Assembly (NCBI GenBank): GCA_035464675.1
Contig: DATHSA010000033.1
Span: 1,403-65,402 of the forward strand
Direction: 5' to 3'
Length of the DNA stretch: 64,000 nucleotides
Source: Acidimicrobiia bacterium
Lineage (GTDB): Bacteria > Actinomycetota > Acidimicrobiia > Spongiisociales > UBA11373
The first letter of the stretch is position 1. Each line of letters opens with the position of its first letter. Of the stretch, positions 27,787 to 36,799 are shown piece after piece. The translations under genes and the position numbers were made by a program. Under the pieces are notes generated by a model. It ran no database searches. It was not told the origin of the DNA and saw nothing but the letters and a program-made list of their open reading frames with translations.

Positions 27787-27808
27787 AGAATCACAGCAAT
27801 GTGATTCT
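27787..27808. promoter_or_regulatory. 22-bp palindrome AGAATCACA-gcaa-TGTGATTCT, candidate operator upstream of the 99-aa gene
   Basis: Perfect 9-bp arms read directly. AT-rich in a GC-rich genome. Lies 19 nt upstream of ATG 27768. Confidence 0.45.
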
Positions 27809-27860
27809 GGATGATCTCAGGCAGATTCCGGGGATTTCGGAAGGAGAGCGATTGGCGACG

Positions 27861-29048
27861 CTACCTGGGCACTTCGCTCCAGGGGAGATCCTTGTCGACC
27901 CGGGGCTCGCCGGGGAGGCCGAGGACCCGCTCCCCCAGGATGTTCTTCATGATCTCGGAGGTTCCCCCCTCGATCGAGTTCGCCCGGGCCCGCAAGAACG
28001 CCTTGGTCGGCGGATGGCTGGTGAACTCGTCCGGGCGGGCCATCTCGTAGCTGTCGTAGAGCATCCCGTCGGGCCCCATCATCTCGAGGACGAACTCGTA
28101 GATCTTCTTGTTGATCTCCGCGTAGACGAGCTTCGACGTCGAGCCCTCGGGACCGGGCGTCCCTACGGTCCGCATGTCGGCGGCGCGCAGGTTGGTGAGC
28201 CGGGCAGCCTCTGCGTCGACCCACAGCGACATGAGCCGGTCGCGAGCTGCCGGATCGTCGTGCCCGTACTCCTTCCAGATGCGGACCGCCTCACCGATGG
28301 GCCCGCTGGCACGGGGGGCGATCGATCCCCCGATCGCCACCCGCTCGTTCATGAGCGTGGTGAGAGCGACCCGCCAGCCATCGCCCACCTCACCGATCAG
28401 GTTCTCGTTGGGAATGCGGGCATCGTCGAAGTAGACCTCGTTGAACTCGGCCTCCCCGGTGATCTGGCGGAGGGGACGCACCTCGACTCCTGGGGACTCC
28501 ATGTCGACGATGAAATACGACATCCCCCGATGCTTGGGCACATCCGGGTCGGTGCGCACGAGGAGCATCCCCCACTTGGAGACGTGCGCCAGCGTGGTCC
28601 ACACCTTCTGACCGTTGACGACCCACTCGTCGCCGTCCCGCACCGCCTTCATCGCGAGGGCGGCGACGTCGGAGCCGGCGCCGGGCTCCGAAAACATCTG
28701 ACACCAGATCTCCTCTCCAGTGAACATCGGCCGCAGCCAGCGGTGCTGCTGCTCCTCGGTGCCGTGGGCCATCAGCACGTGGGCCCCCATCCCCACGCCC
28801 AACGCGTTGAACCGGGCCGGATGGGGAGCGCCGGCGTCGGCGAGGCGCTGCTCGACGACGGTCTGCAAGGAGCGGGGCGCCTCCATGCCACCGAGGCCCT
28901 CCGGATACCACACCCAGGCGAGGCCCATGTCGTATCGCGCACCGAGGAATTCGACCGGGTCGCCCTTCGGGTCGTGCTCGGACAGCAGCCGATCGATCGC
29001 CTCTTCGACGGTCTTGGTGGTGACGGTCATGAAGACATGTTGGCACAT
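27861..29048 (-). CDS. Acyl-CoA dehydrogenase, 395 aa (or 389 aa from ATG 29030)
   Basis: Typical ACAD sequence (WCQMFSEPGAGSD, VVNGQKVWTT, GDGWRVALTTLMNERV). Confidence 0.9.
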   Translation of the reverse strand: MCQHVFMTVTTKTVEEAIDRLLSEHDPKGDPVEFLGARYDMGLAWVWYPEGLGGMEAPRSLQTVVEQRLADAGAPHPARFNALGVGMGAHVLMAHGTEEQQHRWLRPMFTGEEIWCQMFSEPGAGSDVAALAMKAVRDGDEWVVNGQKVWTTLAHVSKWGMLLVRTDPDVPKHRGMSYFIVDMESPGVEVRPLRQITGEAEFNEVYFDDARIPNENLIGEVGDGWRVALTTLMNERVAIGGSIAPRASGPIGEAVRIWKEYGHDDPAARDRLMSLWVDAEAARLTNLRAADMRTVGTPGPEGSTSKLVYAEINKKIYEFVLEMMGPDGMLYDSYEMARPDEFTSHPPTKAFLRARANSIEGGTSEIMKNILGERVLGLPGEPRVDKDLPWSEVPR

Positions 29049-29083
29049 GGCCGTGGCCAGTTGGCCGTCCGGTGGTCATGGCT

Positions 29084-29150
29084 CGTCGCCCGTTGCCCGT
29101 TGCCCGATACCCGTGCATCGCTGGCCGGCCAAACGGGAAACGGGAAACGG
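29084..29150. repeat. Heptamer-array element: CGTCGCC CGTTGCC CGTTGCC CGATACC CGTG (29084-29115), spacer, AAACGGG AAACGGG AAACGG (29131-29150)
   Basis: Read directly. Intergenic, between the epimerase-family gene stop and the acyl-CoA dehydrogenase start. Confidence 0.9.
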
Positions 29151-29152
29151 AT

Positions 29153-30073
29153 CTACCCGATCGCGTCCTTCATCGCCTCGTCGATGTCGGTGTCGGCGAA
29201 CCGGAAGCCATCGGCCTCGAGGCGGGCAGGGATGGCACGCTGGCTCTGCAACACGACCGCCTCGGCGAGCTCGCCTCCGATGACGATCTTCACGGCGAAC
29301 CCCGGGATCGGGATGACGGTGGGGCGGCCCAGGGCGCGTCCGACGGCCCGGATGAAACGCCTGTTGGTCACGGGTTCCGGAGCGGTCAGGTTCACCGGTC
29401 CCTCGATCTCAGACCGCAACAGCAGGTGGAGGATGGCGGCTATCTCGTCGTCGAACGAGATCCAGGGCCAGTAGGTGTCACCGCCGGCGACCGGGCCCCC
29501 GAGCCCCCACCGGTACGGGCTGAGCCACTTCGGGCCGAACGGAGCGAGCAGCCTGCCGAGGGCGGCGCCCTCCTCGCTGAGGATGATCCCGCTTCGGGTC
29601 ATCGCCACCCGAATCCCGGCATCGGCGGCGGGCCTCGCGGCCTCCTCCCACGCCGCCACCAGGTCGGCGAGAAAACCCTCTCCCTTTGGTGACGTCTCGG
29701 TCAGCACCGCGTCGCCGCCGTCGCCGTAGTACCCGACGGCGGACGCGTTCACCAGGACGCGCGGCTTCGGGTCCGCGTGCGCGATGGCCTCGACGAGAAC
29801 CCGGGTGGTGTCGACCCGGCTCTCCCAGACCAAACGTTTCTCCTCGTCGGACCAACGGCGCTCACCGATGGACCGGCCCGAGAAGTTGGCGACGCCGTCG
29901 AAGCCCCCCACCAGATCGGGATCGAGCGACTCGGGTGGGTTCCACCGGATCCCGTCCACCGCGGCGTCGGTCTGGGGGCGCACCAGCCGGACCGCCTCGT
30001 GGCCTTCTCCCCGGAGTCGCTCGACGAGTGCCGATCCGATGAGTCCTGTGGACCCTGCGATGAGGAATCTCAT
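29153..30073 (-). CDS. NAD-dependent epimerase-family protein with C-terminal DUF1731 (YfcH/SDR39U1-like), 306 aa
   Basis: Start ATG 30073 (MRFLIAGSTGLIGSAL Rossmann motif). C-terminal region typical of the TIGR01777 family. Confidence 0.85.
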   Translation of the reverse strand: MRFLIAGSTGLIGSALVERLRGEGHEAVRLVRPQTDAAVDGIRWNPPESLDPDLVGGFDGVANFSGRSIGERRWSDEEKRLVWESRVDTTRVLVEAIAHADPKPRVLVNASAVGYYGDGGDAVLTETSPKGEGFLADLVAAWEEAARPAADAGIRVAMTRSGIILSEEGAALGRLLAPFGPKWLSPYRWGLGGPVAGGDTYWPWISFDDEIAAILHLLLRSEIEGPVNLTAPEPVTNRRFIRAVGRALGRPTVIPIPGFAVKIVIGGELAEAVVLQSQRAIPARLEADGFRFADTDIDEAMKDAIG

Positions 30074-30080
30074 GTCGAGG

Positions 30081-30086
30081 AGGGTA
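30081..30086 (-). promoter_or_regulatory. Putative -10 box TACCCT, 7 nt upstream of ATG 30073 (leaderless layout)
   Basis: Minus strand reads TACCCT-cctcgac-ATG. No SD. Confidence 0.4.
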
Positions 30087-30108
30087 CGTGTCTCCCGGGC
30101 GTCGGCAT

Positions 30109-30188
30109 CCGTCGCCCGTCGTCTGCCCGGAGAGCGCACGCACGCGTCGGGATTCCTGCCGGGCGACGGGCGTCGGGCGACCGGCGAC
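30109..30188. repeat. Heptamer-array element: CCGTCGC CCGTCGT CTGCCCGG (30109-30130), 28-nt spacer, CCGGGCGA CGGGCGT CGGGCGA CCGGCGA C (30159-30188)
   Basis: Read directly. Intergenic, between the plsC-like stop and the epimerase-family start. Confidence 0.85.
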
Positions 30189-30193
30189 CCTCC

Positions 30194-30850
30194 TCAGGAA
30201 TTCCCGCCGTACACACCCTCCAACGCCTCCCCCACCCTCACGCGCCACTCCTCCGTCATCGCCCCCACCGGATCCTCGTGACCCTCATACTCGGTGGGAA
30301 GGATGGGACGGCACCTGACACCAACGACCGGGCTGCGGGAGATCCCGGTGGCTCCGCGTCCCATGACCAGATCGGTCCCCGCCACTGCGACGGGCACCAG
30401 GGGCACCCCGGCGCGTCGGGCCAGCCAGGCGGCCCCGCGCTTGGGATCGACCTCGCCCCACCGCCACACCCTCACCCCTTCCGGGAACAGGCCGACGGTT
30501 CCGCCCGAGGCGAGTTCGGCGAGCGCGAGTCGCAAGGCGCCCAGAGCGACACGACTTCGGGACATCGGGATGGCACCCAGCCACAGCGTGAGACCGTCGA
30601 AGAGCCGCGAGTTCCCGTACAGCTCATCCACGGCGAGGTAGCGGATCGGACGCCTGACTGTGAGACCAACCGCCACAGGGTCGACGTGTGAGTAGTGATT
30701 CGCGGCGACCACCGCAGGCCCCTCGGGAAGCGCAGGGCCACGATGGTCGAAATCGATCCACCAGCGGGCAAGAGCCGTGCCGAGCAGGATCCCCGCCCTC
30801 GAGGCGGCGACGGCCCCTCGTGGGAAGCCCGGCTTACGTCGCGGTTCCAA
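30194..30850 (-). CDS. plsC: 1-acyl-sn-glycerol-3-phosphate acyltransferase family protein, about 218 aa
   Basis: HX4D motif NHYSHVDP and FPEG motif in the C-terminal part of ORF 30194..31237. Start set at TTG 30850, the first start-type codon upstream of the motif, overlapping the holB end by 17 nt. The rest of the long ORF overlaps holB out of frame. Confidence 0.7.
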   Translation of the reverse strand: MEPRRKPGFPRGAVAASRAGILLGTALARWWIDFDHRGPALPEGPAVVAANHYSHVDPVAVGLTVRRPIRYLAVDELYGNSRLFDGLTLWLGAIPMSRSRVALGALRLALAELASGGTVGLFPEGVRVWRWGEVDPKRGAAWLARRAGVPLVPVAVAGTDLVMGRGATGISRSPVVGVRCRPILPTEYEGHEDPVGAMTEEWRVRVGEALEGVYGGNS

Positions 30851-31898
30851 GATCGGCGAACAGCGCGCCAAAGGCGAGCTCCGGGCGCTGGTTGGCGTCG
30901 ATTGCGTCGATTGCGTCGAGAACCCGGCCCGCCTTGGAGACGGCGTCCCGCGCCGCCACCTCGGCCAGATCCGCGCCGCTGACGTCGCGGTTCCGCACGG
31001 GGCCGCCGTACTGCGCGACGGCGGCATCCCGGTACCAGGAGGCGAGGATCTCGAGCCCACCGGTGTGGAGAGCGACGGTGGCCCGCTTGCGCTCCCGCTC
31101 GTGCCGCTCCTTGATCGAGCGAAGGTCCTGGCCCTGGTCCTCGCCCTCGGCGATCTCGACGGCATGGCGTTCGGCGAGCCCCTCCAGCAGGGGATCGACG
31201 GCCGCGGCGAGCTCGTCGGCAAGCCGGTACGCGTCACCCGGCCGGGGCGTCACCCGTCCCGGGACCGACAGCCACGCTGCCCGGAAGGCAGCGACCTCGG
31301 GCCGGGTGGCCAGGACGAGCGCGAGTCCGGGGCGGCCCCCCGAGGCCGTCGCCACCCGCTCCGCCTGATCGGGATCCAGGCCCCGCGCGACGAGAGCCTG
31401 AGCGATCTCGATCTCGGGGACCCGACCGAAGAAGACGGTCCGCGAGCGGCTGGCGACCGTGGCGGGCAGGTCGTCCTCCGACTCGGCGACAAGCACGAAC
31501 ATCGTCGTATCCGAAGGCTCCTCGAGGGTCTTGAGAAGCGCGTTGGCCGCCTCCTCGTTCATGGCACCGGCCTCCTCGAACACGAAGGCCTTACGAGCCG
31601 CCTCGACGGGGGTGAGCACCGCCCGGGCCACCGTCTCCCGGGCACGGTCGACCGTCAACGACGACCGCCCGTCGGGCTCCACCAGCACGAGATCCGGATG
31701 CTTGCCCTGAAGTGCCCTCCGCATCCCGGCCTCGTCCTGCCCGCAGAGGACGCGGGCGGCGAATCGACGCGCCACGGTGGCCTTTCCGACACTCCCCGGT
31801 CCGACGAACAAGTACGCATGGGCCGGCCTGGCGACATCGGCCGACAGCATGTCGAGCACCGGGCGATGGCCGATCACATCGCCGAACATCACGACCAT
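30834..31898 (-). CDS. holB: DNA polymerase III subunit delta-prime, 354 aa
   Basis: HAYLFVGPGSVGK, LLKTLEEP. Overlaps the tmk end. Confidence 0.9.
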   Translation of the reverse strand: MVVMFGDVIGHRPVLDMLSADVARPAHAYLFVGPGSVGKATVARRFAARVLCGQDEAGMRRALQGKHPDLVLVEPDGRSSLTVDRARETVARAVLTPVEAARKAFVFEEAGAMNEEAANALLKTLEEPSDTTMFVLVAESEDDLPATVASRSRTVFFGRVPEIEIAQALVARGLDPDQAERVATASGGRPGLALVLATRPEVAAFRAAWLSVPGRVTPRPGDAYRLADELAAAVDPLLEGLAERHAVEIAEGEDQGQDLRSIKERHERERKRATVALHTGGLEILASWYRDAAVAQYGGPVRNRDVSGADLAEVAARDAVSKAGRVLDAIDAIDANQRPELAFGALFADLGTAT

Positions 31899-32494
31899 CG
31901 CTCCCGGAGCGCTTCCGTGGCGGCCCGGATGACCTCGTCGACCGGCATGGATCCGTCGATCACCACGAACCGACCAGGTTCCGCCTCCGCCAGTTCGTCG
32001 TAGGCGCGGGCGACGCGATCGTGAAGCCGCGCCCCGGCAAGGGAGATGCGATCGGCCTCGTCCTCCCGCTGAAGACCGTGCTCGGGATCGAGCCGAAGGA
32101 GAATCACGGTGTCAGGCCATACATCGCCCAGCCCCGCACGGTTCACCTCCCGCACCGCGTCGATCGGAAGGCCGCGCCCCGCACCCTGGTAGGCGAGCGA
32201 GGAGTACACCGAGCGGTCCGAGACAACGACCTTCCCGGATTCGAGGGCCGGGCCGACGATGGCCGCTGCCAGTTGGGCGCGAGCCGCGGCAAACAAGAGA
32301 GCCTCGGTCCAGTCGGAGAGCTCGGAGTCGGTGGCGAGGAGGATGGCCCTGATGGCTTCACCGGCTGCAGTCCCACCGGGCTCGCGCACTCGCACCACGT
32401 CGTGGCCCCGCTCCTGGAGGGCGGCCGCCACCCCGGCCGCGACCGTGGACTTGCCGGCGCCGTCGACACCCTCGATGGCCGCGTACCGGCTCAC
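31889..32494 (-). CDS. tmk: dTMP kinase, 201 aa
   Basis: P-loop IEGVDGAGKST, REPGGT. Confidence 0.95.
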   Translation of the reverse strand: MSRYAAIEGVDGAGKSTVAAGVAAALQERGHDVVRVREPGGTAAGEAIRAILLATDSELSDWTEALLFAAARAQLAAAIVGPALESGKVVVSDRSVYSSLAYQGAGRGLPIDAVREVNRAGLGDVWPDTVILLRLDPEHGLQREDEADRISLAGARLHDRVARAYDELAEAEPGRFVVIDGSMPVDEVIRAATEALRERWS

Positions 32495-33927
32495 CCGGGT
32501 TCTCCGTCGTCCTCACCGACGACTTCGTGCTCGTTCGTCTCGTCCATCCCTGTCACCCGTTTCCGATACGTGCGGAGTGCCTCCATCGCCGTGCCGACGG
32601 CCGGACGGTCGCCGATGTGGCCCAGGGCGATCAGGCTCCTCCGCACGCTCCACAGCGTCACAAGCCCGCTCGAGAGGATGGTGGCACCACCGACGAGCAA
32701 CACCACTCTCGCCCCGCGCGACAGCACTCCGGGCAACACGCCATCGAAGAGCTCCGCGAGCGGGATGGCGATCATCATCGAGGTCAGGAGCCCGATGCGC
32801 ATGAGGGAGAGCAGCGCCGCAAAGGTCCTCCCCCGGAGCTCGTCATCGGTCTGCTCATGGAGGTGGGCAAAGCCGAGCACGTAGGCGGAGCCGGCCCCCA
32901 ATCCCATCACCGCGATCCAGCCCACGCCCCCGAACAGCGTCTTCACGAAGGCCGCGGCTCCGAGCGACACCCCGGCGACGATCAGGGCGATGGCGAAGAA
33001 GACGTCCTTGTTGACCAGCCGGGGGCCGAAGATCGTGACGTTCACGATCCCGAAGCCGGCACCGAGGCCGAAAGCGGTCAGAAGTGCGGGGAATCCGACG
33101 GTGCCCGCCTCGAGCACACCGGTGGCGAACGGCTTGCCCAACACGACGATGATCCCACCGCCGGCCAGGGCCACCGTCATCGCCAGGACCACCGAACGGA
33201 TCCGGCGGTGACCGGCCACGAAGCGGATCCCCTCCCAGAGGTCGCGAAGCGGCTCCATCGGGTTGAAGCGCCGCGACTTCTTCGAACGAGCCGGTGGACG
33301 CCGCTTCTGTGTGGGGAGGGTCATGATCGTGAGCGCCGATGCCACATAGGTGACCGAGTCGAGAAGGAACGCAAGTCCCACGACCGTGCCGGGCAGCAGC
33401 CCCCACAGCGTCACGTTGTCGCTCCAGGGCGCGATGGCTGTGAAGATCGCCGCGCCGAGGGGGAAGGTCCCGTAGGCGGCGCTGAGCGAGAGGCTGTTCG
33501 CTCGCACGATCTCGCTCCGGCGCACGAGGGTGGGGACCATCGCCTCTTTGGCCGGCTGAAAGACGAGGGTGAGTGCCTCGAGCGCCAGGTTGATCAAGAC
33601 CAGGGCCTGGATCGTCTCCACGAAGGCAAGGCTGAAGACCAGGGTGGCGCGCCCGAACTCCATCGTCATCATCACGTACTTGCGGGGCAGACGATCGGCG
33701 ATGACCCCGCCCACCGCGGCGAAGAACAGGCCGGGCACGATCCGAGAACCGAGTGCCAGAACGATCCCCCCGCCACCGGCCAGATCGTCGGCCAACGAGA
33801 GCGTGGCGAGGATCGCCACCCAGTCCCCGGTGCTGGAGATCAGCCCGGCACGCCAGAGTCGCGAAAAGGGCCCGGACTTGATCAGCGCCCACGCCGATCG
33901 CGGCCCGGCCCCGGTGTGATCGATCAC
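32491..33927 (-). CDS. MFS transporter, 478 aa
   Basis: 12-14 predicted TM segments. GTG start. 4-nt overlap with tmk. Confidence 0.85.
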   Translation of the reverse strand: MIDHTGAGPRSAWALIKSGPFSRLWRAGLISSTGDWVAILATLSLADDLAGGGGIVLALGSRIVPGLFFAAVGGVIADRLPRKYVMMTMEFGRATLVFSLAFVETIQALVLINLALEALTLVFQPAKEAMVPTLVRRSEIVRANSLSLSAAYGTFPLGAAIFTAIAPWSDNVTLWGLLPGTVVGLAFLLDSVTYVASALTIMTLPTQKRRPPARSKKSRRFNPMEPLRDLWEGIRFVAGHRRIRSVVLAMTVALAGGGIIVVLGKPFATGVLEAGTVGFPALLTAFGLGAGFGIVNVTIFGPRLVNKDVFFAIALIVAGVSLGAAAFVKTLFGGVGWIAVMGLGAGSAYVLGFAHLHEQTDDELRGRTFAALLSLMRIGLLTSMMIAIPLAELFDGVLPGVLSRGARVVLLVGGATILSSGLVTLWSVRRSLIALGHIGDRPAVGTAMEALRTYRKRVTGMDETNEHEVVGEDDGEPG

Positions 33928-33978
33928 AGGCGGAGGCTAACCAGCCGCCGGTCTCCGGCCACCAGCCGGAAGGCCCTT

Positions 33979-34033
33979 CGTCTCCCGTCGCCCGTCACCC
34001 GTCTCCCGTCGTCACCCGTTCCCCGTTGCCCGG
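33979..34033. repeat. Heptamer array CGTCTCC CGTCGCC CGTCACC CGTCTCC CGTCGTCACC CGTTCCC CGTTGCC CGG (about 7.5 units)
   Basis: Read directly. Lies 17 nt downstream of the topA stop and 52 nt upstream of the MFS start. The minus (mRNA-sense) strand carries 7 GGG tracts. Confidence 0.9.
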
Positions 34034-34049
34034 TCTGGCTCGCGGCTCA

Positions 34050-36716
34050 TCAGGTCTCCTTCTTGCCGGAAGCCGGGGGCGGGGGGCTGACGGCCTCACC
34101 TTCTGTCTTGCTGGAGGCTGGGGGCTGGGGGCTGGGGGCTTTCTTGCCGGGTTTGACGGTCTTGCCCTCTGCCTCCAGCTTGGCGCGGCGCTCGGCGAGG
34201 AGCTCGGCGGCGCGCTCGAGGGTGATCTTCTCCACCGAGTCGTCGCGGCGCAGTGATGCATTGACACCACCATCGGTCACGTATGGCCCGAATCGACCGT
34301 CCCTGACCTCGACCTCGTACCCGGTTCCGGGTTCGACACCGAGTGCCTTGAGGGGCTTGGCGCTCCGGGCACCGCGGCGCTGCTTCGGCTGGGCGAAGAG
34401 CGCCAGCGCGCCCTCCAGATCGATCTCGAAGATCTGCCCCTCGGCCTCCAGGCTCCGGGTGTCGGAGCCCTTCTTGAGGTAGGGACCGTACCGGCCGTTC
34501 TGTGCGGTGATCTCCTCACCCGACTCCGGATCCTCGCCGACGACGCGGGGCAGCGAGAGAAGTCGCAGCGCCTCCTCCAGAGTGACGGTGTCGAGGCCCA
34601 TCGACTTGAGGAGCGAGGCCGTCTTGGGCTTCCCCTTCTGGTCGTCGGATTCGCCCAGCTGGACATACGGGCCGAACCGACCGGACTTGGCGATCACGTC
34701 CAGACCGGTGTCCGGATCGGAGCCGAGCAGCCGTTCGCCGGACGGAGCCTCGAGCAACTCGGTCGCCTTCTCCAGGGTCAGCTCGTCGGGTGGCAGGTCC
34801 TCGGGTACGGACACCCGATCCTCGCCGCGCTCCAGGTACGGCCCGTAGCGCCCGCTGCGGAGCACCACGTCTTCGCCCCCATCGAAGGGGATGGTGTTGA
34901 TCTCTTTGGCGTCCGCGGCGTCGAAGGTCCTCTCGACCAGTTCGACCAGGCCCGGATGACCGTTGCCGAAATAGAACGAGGCCAGGTAGGGGATGTGCTC
35001 CCGATCACCCCCGGCTATCTCATCCAGATCCTCCTCCATTCGGGCGGTGAATCCATAGTCCACGAGGTCGGTGAAATGCCGTTCGAGGAGCCGGACGGTC
35101 GCAAACGCGAGGAATGTCGGCACGAGTGCCGAGCCCTTCTTCCAGACGTACCCGCGCTCCTGGATCGTGGAGATGATCGAGGCGTACGTCGAGGGCCGGC
35201 CGATCCCCAGCTCCTCGAGCTTCTTCACGAGCGACGCCTCCGTATACCGGGCCGGGGGCTTGGTCTCGTGCCCGACCGCCTCCAGGCTCTCGGTGTCGAG
35301 CGCCTGGCCCTCCTGCAGCGGCGGAAGCCGGATCTCCTGGTCCTCGAGCTCGGCGTCGGGATCGTCGGAGCCCTCGACGTACGCCCGGAGGAATCCCGGG
35401 AAGGTGATGACCTTGCCCGAGGCGGAGAACTCGGCGTCCTTGCCCGACGACCCGATGGCGCCGAGACGGACCTGGACGCTCTCCCCCACCGCGTCCGCCA
35501 TCTGGGAGGCGACGGTCCGCTTCCAGATCAGGTCGTAGAGCTTCGACTCGTCGGGGCCGACGTGGCGTGCCACCTCATCGGGAGTTCGAAACCGGTCGCC
35601 GGCAGGCCGGATGGCCTCATGCGCCTCCTGTGCATTCTTGACCTTCGAGGTGTAGATGCGGGGCGAAGCCGGCAGGTAGTCGCCACCGTACAACTCGGCA
35701 ACCTGGGTCCTCGCCGCCGTCACCGCTGTCTCCGACAGCGAGATGCTGTCGGTGCGCATGTAGGTGATGTACCCGTTCTCATAGAGGCGCTGAGCGACCT
35801 GCATCGTCCGCTGCGATCCGAACCGGAGCTTGCGGCCCGCCTCCTGCTGGAGCGTCGACGTCCGGAACGGTGGATAGGGAGAGCGCTTGTACGGCTTGCT
35901 CTCCACACGCCGGACCGAGAAGTCGGAGTCGGACAGATCGTCCACGACGGCCTCGGCCGCCGTCCGATCCAGCAGAACCACGTCGCTGCGGGCGACGGCG
36001 CCCGCGCTGTCGAAGTCCTTTCCGGAGGCGACCCGCACGCCGTCGAGGTCGGCGAGGACCGCGGAGAACGACCCGTCCGCGGTGGCGAACACCCCGGCCA
36101 CGTCCCAGTACTCGGCGGTGCGGAACGCCATGCGCTCCCGCTCACGCTCGACGATGATCCGGATCGCCGGACTCTGCACCCGTCCCGCCGACAGCTTGGG
36201 GCGAATCAGCTTCCACAGGACCGGCGACACCTCGTACCCGAACAGCCGATCGAGGATGCGGCGCGTCTCCTGGGCGTCCACCAGCCGGCGATCCAGGTCG
36301 CGGGGCTGCTCGATGGCGTGCCGGATCGCGTCCGGCGTGATCTCGTGGAAGACCATCCGCTTGACCGGCACCCGCGGGTTGAGCACCTCCGTCAGGTGCC
36401 AGGCGATCGACTCCCCTTCGCGGTCCTCGTCCGTCGCCAGGTAGAGCTCATCGGCCTCCTTGACGAGCTTCTTCAGCTTGGTTATCTGGGACGACTTCTC
36501 CTTGGGGACGATGTAGAGCGGCTTGAAGTCGTTCTCGGTGTCGACGCCGAGCCGTGCCCATGCCTCGTCCTTGTACGACTTGGGGATGTCGGCCGCGCTG
36601 CGCGGAAGGTCGCGCACATGACCGATGGAGGACTCGACGACGTAATCGCCGCCGAGAATCCCGGCGATGGTGCGCGCCTTGGCAGGCGACTCGACGATGA
36701 CGAGTTTGGAGGACAT
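34050..36716 (-). CDS. topA: DNA topoisomerase I, 888 aa, with Lys/Pro-rich C-terminal tail
   Basis: Toprim N-terminus LVIVESPAKARTI, active-site region, actinobacterial-type C-terminal repeats (GRFGPY x4) and a basic tail. Confidence 0.97.
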   Translation of the reverse strand: MSSKLVIVESPAKARTIAGILGGDYVVESSIGHVRDLPRSAADIPKSYKDEAWARLGVDTENDFKPLYIVPKEKSSQITKLKKLVKEADELYLATDEDREGESIAWHLTEVLNPRVPVKRMVFHEITPDAIRHAIEQPRDLDRRLVDAQETRRILDRLFGYEVSPVLWKLIRPKLSAGRVQSPAIRIIVERERERMAFRTAEYWDVAGVFATADGSFSAVLADLDGVRVASGKDFDSAGAVARSDVVLLDRTAAEAVVDDLSDSDFSVRRVESKPYKRSPYPPFRTSTLQQEAGRKLRFGSQRTMQVAQRLYENGYITYMRTDSISLSETAVTAARTQVAELYGGDYLPASPRIYTSKVKNAQEAHEAIRPAGDRFRTPDEVARHVGPDESKLYDLIWKRTVASQMADAVGESVQVRLGAIGSSGKDAEFSASGKVITFPGFLRAYVEGSDDPDAELEDQEIRLPPLQEGQALDTESLEAVGHETKPPARYTEASLVKKLEELGIGRPSTYASIISTIQERGYVWKKGSALVPTFLAFATVRLLERHFTDLVDYGFTARMEEDLDEIAGGDREHIPYLASFYFGNGHPGLVELVERTFDAADAKEINTIPFDGGEDVVLRSGRYGPYLERGEDRVSVPEDLPPDELTLEKATELLEAPSGERLLGSDPDTGLDVIAKSGRFGPYVQLGESDDQKGKPKTASLLKSMGLDTVTLEEALRLLSLPRVVGEDPESGEEITAQNGRYGPYLKKGSDTRSLEAEGQIFEIDLEGALALFAQPKQRRGARSAKPLKALGVEPGTGYEVEVRDGRFGPYVTDGGVNASLRRDDSVEKITLERAAELLAERRAKLEAEGKTVKPGKKAPSPQPPASSKTEGEAVSPPPPASGKKET
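34113..34140. repeat. In-CDS heptamer repeat GGAGGCT GGGGGCT GGGGGCT GGGGGCT (plus strand), encoding APSPQPPAS of the TopA tail
   Basis: Read directly. G5/G6 runs also occur at 34075-34087. Confidence 0.8.
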
Positions 36717-36799
36717 GGTCTCCGCAGGGGAAGGGACGGGGTTGGTTTACGGCCAGACGGGCGGCATGTCAAGGAGCCGGGCCGGCGACGACGGCCTCC

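Noticed and set aside
27787-27808. CRP/FNR-type site, because of the TGTGA and TCACA pentamers
   Set aside because: The arrangement is TCACA-N4-TGTGA, with the pentamers in inverted order and 4-nt spacing, rather than TGTGA-N6-TCACA.
30851-31237. N-terminal extension of the acyltransferase ORF (30194..31237)
   Set aside because: Overlaps holB in another frame and is Ser/Arg/Pro-rich. The acyltransferase motifs begin only after about 30800, so TTG 30850 was chosen as the start.
33928-33945. CCUCC (anti-SD-like) sequences directly upstream of the MFS (33927) and trkA (44711) start codons as a regulatory feature
   Set aside because: There are only two cases. No start codon follows the complementary GGAGG on the plus strand. 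The pattern is compatible with chance in GC-rich leaders or with non-SD initiation.
36724-36745. G-rich tract GCAGGGGAAGGGACGGGGTTGG upstream of topA as a tenth member of the heptamer family
   Set aside because: Tract spacing is 5-6 nt rather than 7. The G-rich part comes first, and there is no CCC arm 5' of it, so it does not fit the family definition.
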